This document shows positions 10,421 to 19,816 of a DNA stretch of 64,000 nucleotides, piece after piece. This stretch comes from Longimicrobiales bacterium (GTDB taxonomy: Bacteria > Gemmatimonadota > Gemmatimonadetes > Longimicrobiales > Gaopeijiaceae). Position 1 is the first letter of the stretch, and every line of letters starts with the position of its first letter. The stretch spans positions 960,001-1,024,000 of the forward strand of contig CAXXKM010000003.1 of NCBI GenBank assembly GCA_963664435.2. Direction: 5' to 3'. Made by a program: the position numbers and the translations under genes. Below the pieces are notes generated by a model. The model searched no databases, had not been told where the DNA came from, and saw nothing but the letters and a program-made list of their open reading frames with translations.

Positions 10421-11902
10421 ATGGCCCAGAATCCCGGCCGCACCTCGGCGGAATCCTCCGAATTCGACCAGCTCGAGCTTCCGGACCGCTCGGTGCGCGG
10501 CCTGCTCCGCCACTTCGGGCCGGGGATCATCCTGATGATGACCGGGATCGGCACGAGCCACCTGGTCACGGCGCCCACCGCGGGGGGCCGGTTCGCGTAC
10601 GCGCTGCTCTGGTGCCTTCCGGTGGCCTACATCTTCAAGTACTACGGCTTCGAGATGGCCTTCCGCTTCACCAACGCCACCGGCAAGAGCCTGATCGAGG
10701 CCTACGCCACGGCGCGCGGAAAGTGGCCGCTCTGGTACGTGCTGGTGACGACGCTGATCCAGTGCGCGATCGGGCAGGCGGGGCGCCTGATCGCCGCGGC
10801 CGCGGTCGTGTACTACGTGGGTTCCGAGGTGCTCGGCTGGCCGGTCACCCTCACCGGGGCGGCGGTGGGGCTGGGAGTGGTGTCGGTGGGCATCCTGCTC
10901 ATGGGACGCTACAAGGCCGTGGAAAACTCGGCCAAGATCCTCGCGGCCATCATGGTGGTGTCCACGCTGACGGTCTATTTCTTCGAGCCCGCGCCCCTCT
11001 CCGAGATGGGCACCTTCTTCCTGGTTGAGATCCCCGACGGCTCCTGGCTGGTCATCGCCGCCTTCCTCGGCCTCCTCCCCACCGGCATGGACGTCTCGCT
11101 CCAGGCCTCCGAGTGGGGGAAGGCCAAGAAGGCTGGAATGAGCAAGATCCGCGACCGCATGGAGGAGATCGGCATCGCGCGCTCCTTCAACCCCTTCTCG
11201 CCGCGCCTCCGCGACCTCACCGTCCACACCGACCGCCTGCCCGCGCACGCGCAGGAGTACTGCCGGCGCTGGTTCCAGATCGGCCTCTGGGACTTCCGCC
11301 TCGGGCACGTGGTGTCGTTCGTGATGGCCGCCGTTTTCATGCTGCTGGCGGCGGTGTGGCTCTACCCCAACGCAGTGGAGGGCCAGGCGGTCATGGGCGA
11401 GATCGCGGGCATCTTCACCAACTCGGTGGGCCCGGGCATGATGGGGCTGTTCATGTTCGGCGCCTTCGCGGCCACCTTCTCGACCGCCTTCAACTACTTC
11501 GACGGCTGGCCGCGCATCGTGGGAGCGTGCTGCCGCAACCTCTTCCGGGGCACGGCGCGCACGGCGGGCATCGACAGAAAGCACAAGAGCTGGTATTCGG
11601 AGTACAACCTGTACCGCGCCACCATGATCTACTCGCTGATCGGCTCGGTGGCCGTAATCGCCGGGCTGCCGCGGCCGGTTTTCCTGGTGCTGGTGGCCTC
11701 GGCGCTGGCGTTCTTCATCGCCCCGGTCATCTTCTTCCTCAACTTCTACTACTGCCTGGTCGTGATCCCGAAGGAAGACCGCGCCTTCTACCCGTCCACC
11801 TTCGCGCGCTGGTTCGGCTGGTTCAGCCTGATCGTCTTCACCGCCATGAGCGTGCTGCTGATCTTCGCGCGGGTGTTCGAGATTCCGCTCTTCGGGGCGT
11901 GA
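10421..11902 (+). CDS. NRAMP-like divalent metal/solute transporter
   Basis: GPGIILMMTGIGTSHLV N-terminal motif; about 11 TM segments; ATG 10421 with GGAG RBS. Confidence 0.78.
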   Translation: MAQNPGRTSAESSEFDQLELPDRSVRGLLRHFGPGIILMMTGIGTSHLVTAPTAGGRFAYALLWCLPVAYIFKYYGFEMAFRFTNATGKSLIEAYATARGKWPLWYVLVTTLIQCAIGQAGRLIAAAAVVYYVGSEVLGWPVTLTGAAVGLGVVSVGILLMGRYKAVENSAKILAAIMVVSTLTVYFFEPAPLSEMGTFFLVEIPDGSWLVIAAFLGLLPTGMDVSLQASEWGKAKKAGMSKIRDRMEEIGIARSFNPFSPRLRDLTVHTDRLPAHAQEYCRRWFQIGLWDFRLGHVVSFVMAAVFMLLAAVWLYPNAVEGQAVMGEIAGIFTNSVGPGMMGLFMFGAFAATFSTAFNYFDGWPRIVGACCRNLFRGTARTAGIDRKHKSWYSEYNLYRATMIYSLIGSVAVIAGLPRPVFLVLVASALAFFIAPVIFFLNFYYCLVVIPKEDRAFYPSTFARWFGWFSLIVFTAMSVLLIFARVFEIPLFGA

Positions 11903-11932
11903 CCTGACAGACGGCAGACGCAGGAGACGACG

Positions 11933-12028
11933 ATGACCCGCTTTCGCTCGACGCTGCTCAAGGTCCTTCTGGTCCAGGTGGTCACCCTGATTGCGCTCTG
12001 GCTCCTGCAAGCCACCTACCACGGCTAG
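11933..12028 (+). CDS. 31-aa single-TM peptide (MTRFRSTLLKVLLVQVVTLIALWLLQATYHG), probable SSS accessory subunit
   Basis: AGGAG RBS at 11922-11926; GC3-rich codons; stops 6 nt before the SSS start. Confidence 0.72.
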   Translation: MTRFRSTLLKVLLVQVVTLIALWLLQATYHG

Positions 12029-12034
12029 CCGCCC

Positions 12035-13714
12035 ATGCATCCCATCAACTGGCTCATTGTTGTTGCGTACGTCGGCTACGTTCTGGTCGACGGCGTCCGG
12101 CGGGCGCGCGGCACCAGGGAGGTCGAAGGCTACTTCCTGGCGAACCGCTCGCTGCCCTGGTGGGCGGTCGGGCTTTCGGTGATGGCGACGCAGCTGTCGG
12201 CGGTGACCATGATCGGCACGACGGGACAGGGCGCCACCGACGGACTGCGGTTCGTGCAGTTCTACTTCGGGCTGCCGCTCGCGATGGTTCTTCTGGGCGT
12301 CACGCTGGTGCCGTTCCTGCGCGGAGCTGGGGTCTTCACCGCGTACGAGTATCTGGAGCGCCGTTTCGGGCCGCGGACGCGCGCGCTGACCGCGTTCCTC
12401 TTCCTGATGTCGCGCGGGATGTCGTGCGGCGTGATCATCGCGGCGCCGGCAGTCGTCTTCTCGGCAGTGTTCGGGTGGCCGCTCCTCTGGTGCGTCGCGC
12501 TGATCGGCGTTCCGACCGTCGCGTACACGATGCTGGGCGGCATTCAGGCGGTCACCTGGGCCGACGTCAAGCAGATGGTCCTGATCGTGGTCGCGCTGCT
12601 GGCCGTGGTGGTGGTCCTGGTCGTACGGATGCCGGTCTCGCCGGGCGAGGCGCTGCACATCGCCGGCGCGACGGGTCGCCTGCAGGTCTTCGACTTCTCG
12701 TTCACCGTCAGCGAGACGTACACCTTCTGGTCGGGGCTGATCGGCGGCACCTTCCTGATGCTGTCCTACTTCGGCACGGACCAGTCCCAGGTCCAGCGCT
12801 ACCTGGCCGCGAAATCGATCGGCGCCGCGCGCACCTCGCTCCTGATGAGCGCGTACTGGAAGATCCCGCTGCAGGCGCTCGTGCTCCTGGTCGGCGTGAT
12901 GGTGTTCGTCTACTACCAGTTCCAGCCGCCGCCGCTGCTGTACAACCCGGCCCACGAGAACGCGGTTGCGGAGGTGCGCGGGACGGAGTACGCCGCCCTT
13001 CAGGGCCGCTACGGGGAAGCGTTGACGCTGAGGGAGGACGCCGCACGCCGCGCGGCCGGACTGGCCGGCACTGCTGACCGGGACGCCACCGGCCAGGTCG
13101 CCCTCGACGAGTTCCTAGGCCGCGAAGCGACCGTCCAGGAGATCCGCGCCGAGGCGCTCGCCATGGCCGAGGAGGTCACCGGCGAGGCCTCCCGCGACGT
13201 CAACTACATCATCCCCCGCTTCGTCCTCAGCGAGCTGCCGATCGGGCTCGCGGGCCTCTTCATCGCGGCGATCATCGCGGCCGCCATGTCGAGCATCTCA
13301 TCGGAGCTGAACTCCCTCTCGACCACCAGCATCATCGACTTCTACCGGCGCTGGTTCCGCCCGGGGGCGAGCGACGCCCACTACCTGGCGGTCTCGAAGG
13401 CCGCGACCGCGTTCTGGGGGGTGTTCGCCTGCTTCGTCGCGCTCTACGCGGTCAGCCTGGGCTCGCTGATCGAAGTGGTGAACCGGTTCGGGTCATTCTT
13501 CTACGGCTCGATCCTGGGCGTCTTCCTGCTGGCGATGGTGCCCCGGGCCAGAGCGGCCGGCGCGTTCGTCGGACTGCTCGTGGGGATGGGGGTAGTGGCC
13601 GCCGTGACCTTCGGCGCACCCGACGTTTCGTTCCTGTGGCACAACGTGATCGGCGCGCTGACCGTGGTGGGTGTGGGGGTGGCGCTGTCGCTGCGCGGGA
13701 CGACCCGGGCCTAG
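12035..13714 (+). CDS. Sodium:solute symporter (SSS family)
   Basis: YFLANRSLPWWAVGLS, YEYLERRF, GGIQAVTWADVKQ, DQSQVQRYL, AAAMSSISS. Confidence 0.93.
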   Translation: MHPINWLIVVAYVGYVLVDGVRRARGTREVEGYFLANRSLPWWAVGLSVMATQLSAVTMIGTTGQGATDGLRFVQFYFGLPLAMVLLGVTLVPFLRGAGVFTAYEYLERRFGPRTRALTAFLFLMSRGMSCGVIIAAPAVVFSAVFGWPLLWCVALIGVPTVAYTMLGGIQAVTWADVKQMVLIVVALLAVVVVLVVRMPVSPGEALHIAGATGRLQVFDFSFTVSETYTFWSGLIGGTFLMLSYFGTDQSQVQRYLAAKSIGAARTSLLMSAYWKIPLQALVLLVGVMVFVYYQFQPPPLLYNPAHENAVAEVRGTEYAALQGRYGEALTLREDAARRAAGLAGTADRDATGQVALDEFLGREATVQEIRAEALAMAEEVTGEASRDVNYIIPRFVLSELPIGLAGLFIAAIIAAAMSSISSELNSLSTTSIIDFYRRWFRPGASDAHYLAVSKAATAFWGVFACFVALYAVSLGSLIEVVNRFGSFFYGSILGVFLLAMVPRARAAGAFVGLLVGMGVVAAVTFGAPDVSFLWHNVIGALTVVGVGVALSLRGTTRA

Positions 13715-13798
13715 ACGCCGGAGGGCTGGAGCGGCGCCACCCGCGTCACGGCATCCGTGGACTGCGCGTCCCACTCCGGCCTGGCCTGCGGACCGTCT

Positions 13799-15334
13799 CT
13801 AGCTCTTCCCCCCCGTCAAACGCTTGACCCGGGGCGCCGCCAGCAGCCCCACGATACCGACAATGCCGATGGTCATCGCGACGTTCTGGAAGAGCGGTCC
13901 CGGTGCGAGATCCACCAGCCGCCCGGCCACCAGCCCGGCGAACAGGTTGCCCAGCGCCGCGCCCACGAACCACACCCCCATCATCTGGCCGACCCGTTTT
14001 ACCGGCGACGCCTTGGTGATGGCGGAGAGGCCGATCGGCGAGATGCACAGCTCGCCCACGGTATGGAAGAAATAGGTCACGACCAGCCACGCCGGGCTAA
14101 CCAGGTTGTCGGTTGTGGCGTTGGCCGCGCCCCAGGCCAGCACGAAGAACCCCATCGCCAGCCCCACCAGTCCCAGCCCCGCCTTCATGGGAATCGACGG
14201 GTTGCGGTTGCGCCGCTCCAGCCAGACCCAGAGGGCACCGAAGACGGGAGCCAGCATGATGATGAAAGCGGAGTTCACCGACTGCAGAAAGCCCGCGGGC
14301 ATGAGCCAGCCGAGAATGTTGCGGTCGGTGTAGTCGCGGCCGAAGAGGTTGAGGGAGGATCCGGCCTGCTCGAAGCCGGACCAGAACACCGCGATCAGCA
14401 GGAAGAGCCAGAAGATCACCCCCAGGCGCCGGTTCTCCTCCCGGGTGTGGCCTCCCATGGTCCACAGATATACGAAATAGCCGGCGATGATGATCAGCAC
14501 GCTGTAGCCCAGCACCGTCGCGATCTGGGCCAGCGTGGCCGGAATCACCCCGGTCGAGACGAGGTAGCCGAAGGCGACGACCCCGACGACCACGGCGAAG
14601 AAGGTCCCGAAGAACTTGCGCGACTTCGCCGCCAGTTGCGCGGGGCGATCCTCGGTCTTCAGCAGGCCGGCGTCGCCCAGCAGCCGGGCCCGGTTCCGGT
14701 ACTGGATGAGGCCGGCCACCATGCCCACGCCGGCCGCACCGAAGCCCCAGTGCCAGTTGTAGCCCTCGGCGAGGAAGCTCGTGATGAGGGGTCCCAGCAA
14801 CGCCCCCACGTTGATCCCCATGTAGAAGATGGAGAACCCCGCGTCCCGCCGGGCGCCGCCCTCGGGATAGAGCTCGCCCACGATGGTGCTGACGTTGGGC
14901 TTGAGCAGCCCCGTCCCGAGCACGACGAAGACCAGGCCCAGGAAGAAGGCGAACGTGGAGGGCACCGCCATCGTGAAGTGGCCCAGGGCGATGATCCAGC
15001 CCCCGACCCATACCGCCTTGCGCTGCCCCCAGAGGTTGTCGGCCACCCAGCCGCCGGGAAGCGCCATGATGTAGACGAGGCTCGTGTACAGGCCGTAGAT
15101 GGCGGCGGCGGTTCCCGCATCGAGTCCCATGCCGGGGTTGACGACCTCGGACCCGTCGCCCCTGAGGATCACGTGCGTCGTCGCCGTGGTCATGTAAAGG
15201 ATGAGCAGGGCCCGCATTCCATAGTAGGAAAAGCGCTCCCACATCTCGGTGAAGAATAGGGTGGAGAGCCCTGCGGGGTGCCCGAACCAGGTTCGGTGCG
15301 CGGCAGCTGCGGATCGCGTGGTGGCGTCGTTCAA
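13799..15334 (-). CDS. Proton-dependent oligopeptide transporter (POT/PTR)
   Basis: EMWERFSYYG (ExxERF), GTGLLKPN, FYMGINVG, GELCISPIG. Confidence 0.95.
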   Translation of the reverse strand: MNDATTRSAAAAHRTWFGHPAGLSTLFFTEMWERFSYYGMRALLILYMTTATTHVILRGDGSEVVNPGMGLDAGTAAAIYGLYTSLVYIMALPGGWVADNLWGQRKAVWVGGWIIALGHFTMAVPSTFAFFLGLVFVVLGTGLLKPNVSTIVGELYPEGGARRDAGFSIFYMGINVGALLGPLITSFLAEGYNWHWGFGAAGVGMVAGLIQYRNRARLLGDAGLLKTEDRPAQLAAKSRKFFGTFFAVVVGVVAFGYLVSTGVIPATLAQIATVLGYSVLIIIAGYFVYLWTMGGHTREENRRLGVIFWLFLLIAVFWSGFEQAGSSLNLFGRDYTDRNILGWLMPAGFLQSVNSAFIIMLAPVFGALWVWLERRNRNPSIPMKAGLGLVGLAMGFFVLAWGAANATTDNLVSPAWLVVTYFFHTVGELCISPIGLSAITKASPVKRVGQMMGVWFVGAALGNLFAGLVAGRLVDLAPGPLFQNVAMTIGIVGIVGLLAAPRVKRLTGGKS

Positions 15335-15448
15335 GGTCCGGGACTCCTGGCTTGGAGAAAAGTCGCCCGCAGAGTGTCGAGCGCTCCCAAACCGTCGAGC
15401 ACCCGTAATGTGTTCAGCGCCTGGGGCGTGTCAGCGCCCGTAGCCTGT

Positions 15449-16693
15449 TCAGCGCTTGAAGGTGAAGGCCCCCGCCTCCTTCATGTCGGCGATCTCGTCC
15501 CCGCCGTACCCGAGCACATCCCCGAGGATCTCGTCGGTGTGTTCACCCAGCAGCGGCGAGCGCGTGATCACCGCGGGCGAGTCGGAGAGCTTGATGGGGC
15601 AGCCGAGGTTCCAGTAGGAGCCACGCTCCGGATGATCGAGCTCGACATACATCTCGCGCCCGCGCACGTGGTCGTCGTCCGCCAGGTCCGCCGTGCTCAT
15701 CACGGGGCCGCACGGAACGTTCAGCTCGTTCAGGATCGCCATCAGCTCACGCTTGGTGAACCCGCTCGCGAAGTCGTTCAGGATCTCCCACATCTCGCCC
15801 TGGTTCTGCCGCCGCACGCCGATGTCGCGGAAGCGCGGATCGTTCACCAGCTCCTCGCCCCCGACGCGGGTGGCCAGCGCTTCCCAGACGTGCTCCTGCA
15901 CGACGATGTAGAGGTAGTCGTTGATGCCGCCCGGCTTGCACCGGATGCAGTTGCCCAGCTGTCCGCCTCCGGAGTCGTTGCCGGCGCGCGGAGCAAAATC
16001 CTCGAACTCCTGGATCGAGAATTCGGGGAGTGGACCCCGCGTGATGCGCTGGTGATCGCGCCACTTCACCCGCACCAGGTTCATCACGCAGTCCATCATG
16101 GCGCACTCCACGTACTGCCCCTTGCCGGTCTGCTCGCGATGCAGCAGCGCCGCAAGAATGCCGAGCGCCAGATGAACCCCGGTGCCCGAGTCGCCGATCT
16201 GGGCTCCGGTCACGACCGGGGAGCCGTCGAACATGCCTGTCGTGCTCATCGAGCCGCCCATCGCCTGGGCGATGTTTTCGTAGGCCTTGAAGGCCGCATA
16301 GGGGCCCTCGGTACCGAAGCCCTTGATGGAGGCCATCACCATGCGCGGGTTGATCTCGTGCACGCGCTCCCATCCGAAGCCGAGCCTGTCGAGAACGCCG
16401 GGCCCGAAGTTCTCCATGAGGACGTCGCATTCCTGCACCAGCCGGGTGAAGACCTCCTTCCCGCGCTTGTTCTTGAGGTTCACCGTGATCGAGCGCTTGT
16501 TGCAGTTGAGCATGGTGAAGTAGAGGCTGTCGGCGTCCGGGATGTCGCGCAGCTGCTTGCGGGTGGCGTCCCCGAAAGGCGACTCCAGCTTGATGACGTC
16601 CGCGCCCATGAACCCCAGCAACTGGCTGGAGGTGGGGCCCGCCTGGACGTGGGTCATGTCCAGGATGCGGATGCCGTTGAGTGCTTTGCTCAT
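15449..16693 (-). CDS. frc: Formyl-CoA transferase (class III CoA-transferase)
   Basis: HVQAGP, YFTMLNCNKRS, YENIAQ, QIGDSGTG (catalytic Asp), Gly loop GGGQ. Confidence 0.9.
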   Translation of the reverse strand: MSKALNGIRILDMTHVQAGPTSSQLLGFMGADVIKLESPFGDATRKQLRDIPDADSLYFTMLNCNKRSITVNLKNKRGKEVFTRLVQECDVLMENFGPGVLDRLGFGWERVHEINPRMVMASIKGFGTEGPYAAFKAYENIAQAMGGSMSTTGMFDGSPVVTGAQIGDSGTGVHLALGILAALLHREQTGKGQYVECAMMDCVMNLVRVKWRDHQRITRGPLPEFSIQEFEDFAPRAGNDSGGGQLGNCIRCKPGGINDYLYIVVQEHVWEALATRVGGEELVNDPRFRDIGVRRQNQGEMWEILNDFASGFTKRELMAILNELNVPCGPVMSTADLADDDHVRGREMYVELDHPERGSYWNLGCPIKLSDSPAVITRSPLLGEHTDEILGDVLGYGGDEIADMKEAGAFTFKR

Positions 16694-16829
16694 GGAATGG
16701 TGGCTCCGATTACGCGTTCAGGGTTGATGGATGGCGCGCGGGCCCCGGACACCTGTTTCCGGCCCCGCTCGTTGCCGGCCCTGGTCACGGGTTGCCGATG
16801 CTCGCGCGGCCGAGGGTTTCCGGTCACGG

Positions 16830-18575
16830 TCACTTGTACATGGTCTGGCGCTTGGTGCCCGGCGCCCATTCGCTCGGATCCACCCAGATGTTGATCACGG
16901 CCGACTTGCCGCTGCTCTTCACCGACTCGCGCGCCCGCTGGAGGGCCGGCTGGATCTGGCCGGGATCGCGCACCTCCTCGCCGTACCCGCCCAGCATCTC
17001 CGCGAACTTCGAGAAGGGCACGTCGCCCAGCAGGTTGCCGACGTTGCCGCGCTCCTGCCCGTACTTGGCCAGCTGCCCGTAGCGGATCTGGTTCATCGCC
17101 GAGTTGTTGCCGATGACGGCGATGTAGGGGGCGCCGAAGCGGTTGCAGGTCTCCATGTCGAAGGCGGTCATGCCGAATGAGCCGTCGCCGTAGTAGACCA
17201 GCACCTCCTTGTTCGGATGCGCGAGCTTGGCCGCCATGGCGAAGCCGGTGCCCACGCCCAGCCCGCCCAGGGCGCCCGGATCCATCCAGTTGCCGGGCGC
17301 GCGCGGCTTCACCGCCTGCGCGCTGATGGTGACGACATCGCCGCCGTCGCCGATGTAGACGGTGTCCTCGGTGAGGAACTCGTTGAGCTCCCACGCCACC
17401 CGGTAGGGGTGGATGGGATTGGCGTCGGAGAGGAAGAGCGGCATCAGCTTCTCGGTCTTCTCTTCCTCGATGGCCCGCAGGTGCTTCATCCAGCCCAGGC
17501 GGCGGGCCGGGCCGTCGCCGAGGTTGGAGCTGGCCTCGGCAAGGACCGCCTCCATGATGGCCCCGGGATGCCCCACCAGCCCGAGGTCGACGTCACGGTT
17601 CTTCCCCACGGTACGGTAGTCGAGGTCGATCTGCACGACCGTCGCCCCGGCAGGCAGGCGCTTGCCGTAGCCCATGCGGAAGTCGAAGGGGGTGCCCACG
17701 ATCACGATCACGTCGGCGTTGCCGAAGCCGGCGCCGCGGGTGCGGTGGAAGTAGTGGGGGTCGTCGGGGCCGAGCAGCCCGCGCGAGGCGCCGTTGGTGA
17801 AGGTCGGGATGTTCAGCGTGCGGACCAGATCCCAGGCCTCCTGGTGGGCCCGGCAGCCCCACACCTGCTGCCCGAAGAGGATGGCGGGCCGCTCGGACTT
17901 GACCAGCAGGTCCGCCAGCCGCTCGATGTCGCGCGGATCGCCAACGGACCGCGTCGAAGCCCGGTAGCGGCCCGGCTCGGGGATGGTCGCGCTGGCGAGC
18001 GGAACCTCGCGGTCCAGAATGTCGCGCGGGATCTCGACGTAACTCGGCCCGGGGGTACCGGCGAAGCACTCGCGCGCGGCCATCGACACCATGTCCGCGA
18101 TGCGCTCGGTGGAGCGAACGCCCGCCGCGAACTTGGTGATCGGGCGCGCGATGTTGACGTGGGGCAGGTCCTGAAGCGACCCCATCTTGTGCTGCGTGAG
18201 CGCGCCCTGCCCGCCGATGTGCAGGACCGGGCTCTCGGAGCGAAACGCGGTCGCGATGCCGGTGAGCGCGTTGGTGAAGCCCGGGCCCGCCGTCGTGATC
18301 ACGCACCCGAGGCCGCCGGTCTGGCGCGCGTACCCGTCCGCGGCGTGGGCGGCGACCTGCTCGTGACGCACGTCGATGATGCGGATGCCCTCGTCGATGC
18401 ACCCGTCATAGGTGTCGATGATGTGCCCGCCGCACAGCGTGAAGACGGTGTCGACGCCCTCGTTGGCCAGGGCCCGGGCCGCCAGGTGCCCGCCCGAGAT
18501 GACGTCTTCGTCGCGGCTCTTGCGCGCGAGCGTGTCTTCGGCAGTCCTGGATTTCAATGCGGTCGCGGTCGTCAT
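16830..18575 (-). CDS. ThDP-dependent enzyme, oxalyl-CoA decarboxylase / 2-hydroxyacyl-CoA lyase-like
   Basis: VRHEQ, GPG, FDFRM, GDGSFG...NN ThDP motif; directly upstream of frc; ATG 18575 with GGAGG RBS. Confidence 0.82.
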   Translation of the reverse strand: MTTATALKSRTAEDTLARKSRDEDVISGGHLAARALANEGVDTVFTLCGGHIIDTYDGCIDEGIRIIDVRHEQVAAHAADGYARQTGGLGCVITTAGPGFTNALTGIATAFRSESPVLHIGGQGALTQHKMGSLQDLPHVNIARPITKFAAGVRSTERIADMVSMAARECFAGTPGPSYVEIPRDILDREVPLASATIPEPGRYRASTRSVGDPRDIERLADLLVKSERPAILFGQQVWGCRAHQEAWDLVRTLNIPTFTNGASRGLLGPDDPHYFHRTRGAGFGNADVIVIVGTPFDFRMGYGKRLPAGATVVQIDLDYRTVGKNRDVDLGLVGHPGAIMEAVLAEASSNLGDGPARRLGWMKHLRAIEEEKTEKLMPLFLSDANPIHPYRVAWELNEFLTEDTVYIGDGGDVVTISAQAVKPRAPGNWMDPGALGGLGVGTGFAMAAKLAHPNKEVLVYYGDGSFGMTAFDMETCNRFGAPYIAVIGNNSAMNQIRYGQLAKYGQERGNVGNLLGDVPFSKFAEMLGGYGEEVRDPGQIQPALQRARESVKSSGKSAVINIWVDPSEWAPGTKRQTMYK

Positions 18576-18846
18576 GAACAGATCCTCCGTGATGGCTTTC
18601 GAGTCGAGCCGCGCGGGCCTCCCCGCGAGTCCGAGCAAAGCTAGGGAGCAGGTTGCGGCCTGCCAAGGAAGGCGAAGACGGGTTGACGACTCTCGGGAAA
18701 CGGCATCCTCAGCCGCTGGTGCCAGGAACGTGTGTGACCAGCAGGTCGGGCAGGAAAGCCGGCATCTCGGATACGAGGACGACCTGCTGAGCGCGCTGGA
18801 GGTCATGGAGAGTATCCTGACGGCGACGGCGGTTTGTGCCATGTGT

Positions 18847-18880
18847 CCCCAATTGGTATGTTTGTACAGACCAAATGGGG
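18847..18880. promoter_or_regulatory. Inverted repeat, probable TA autoregulatory operator
   Basis: ccccaattggtatgt-ttgt-acagaccaaatgggg, 13/15 match, 11 nt before the antitoxin ATG. Confidence 0.65.
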
Positions 18881-18891
18881 AGTTACTGTAC

Positions 18892-19311
18892 ATGAGATAT
18901 CCGACGGCGGAGTCCCGGTCAGCCCTCGACCGTCTTCTCGTTCGCGATGGAGCGGTGGCCATGGTTCGGAGCGGCCTGCCGTTTGCGATGCTGGACGAGG
19001 TCGCGGTCGCAGCCGGGATCGGCCGCCTCACGCTCGCACGGGTCATCGACCTGCCTGCCACAACCCTGGCCCGGAGGCGCAAGGCGGGCCAGCTCACTCC
19101 AGAGGAGTCGGATCGACTGGTGCGGGTGGCCCGCCTGGTCGCGATGGCCCACGACCTGATGCGGGGCGATGGCGACGCCGCCTGCCGGTGGCTCGGGGAT
19201 CCCCACGAGCTGCTCGAGGGCGAGTCACCGCTCGAACGGGCTTCCACGGAAGTGGGGAGCCGCGAAGTGGAGGATCTGATCGGGCGGCTTCGCCACGGGA
19301 TCTTCAGCTGA
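18892..19311 (+). CDS. Xre/MbcA/ParS-type antitoxin
   Basis: GLPF...TLARRRKAGQLTPEESDRLVRVARL...RWL...P..LEGESPL...LIGRLRHG. Confidence 0.9.
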   Translation: MRYPTAESRSALDRLLVRDGAVAMVRSGLPFAMLDEVAVAAGIGRLTLARVIDLPATTLARRRKAGQLTPEESDRLVRVARLVAMAHDLMRGDGDAACRWLGDPHELLEGESPLERASTEVGSREVEDLIGRLRHGIFS

Positions 19312-19318
19312 GCAGCCC

Positions 19319-19816
19319 GTGGACGAATCCCCCTCCGACATTCGCGGATTCCACGGACCGTTTGGTGTGGCGGACCTGATCCATGGCTGGCGGCTGGCCG
19401 CGCCCGAACACTCCCGCACCGTCGAAGACATGCTCTCCGGGGATGGAGCTCTTCGGTATGGCGGGCGCTGGAACAGCCCGGGGCAGCGGGCGGTCTACCT
19501 GGCAGGCAGTTTGGCGCTGGCGAGCCTGGAGCTGCTCGTTCACCTCAGGGTGCCGGATGTCCTGAGGGCATACCGGAAGCTCTGTGTCGGCATCCCGCCG
19601 AATCTCGTCAAGGCAGTGGATCGTCGGGAGCTGCCCGCCGACTGGGCCCGCACCAGCCTCCATCCCGCCACCCAGAGGATCGGTGACCACTGGTTGGACT
19701 CGCTCGAGTCGGCCGTCCTCGCGGTGCCGAGCGCGGTGGTCATCGATGAGGTGAATTACATCGTCAATCCCATGCATCGAGACTTCGCGAGACTCCAGCC
19801 GGATGAGATCACCTAA
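19319..19816 (+). CDS. RES-domain toxin (NAD+ phosphorylase/ART-like)
   Basis: GALRYGGRWNSPG, VYLA..LALASLE, VPSAV..E.NYIVNP; follows the antitoxin. Confidence 0.9.
   Translation: MDESPSDIRGFHGPFGVADLIHGWRLAAPEHSRTVEDMLSGDGALRYGGRWNSPGQRAVYLAGSLALASLELLVHLRVPDVLRAYRKLCVGIPPNLVKAVDRRELPADWARTSLHPATQRIGDHWLDSLESAVLAVPSAVVIDEVNYIVNPMHRDFARLQPDEIT

Noticed and set aside
10379..12955. 858-aa minus-strand ORF
   Set aside because: Shadow of the NRAMP-like and SSS genes.
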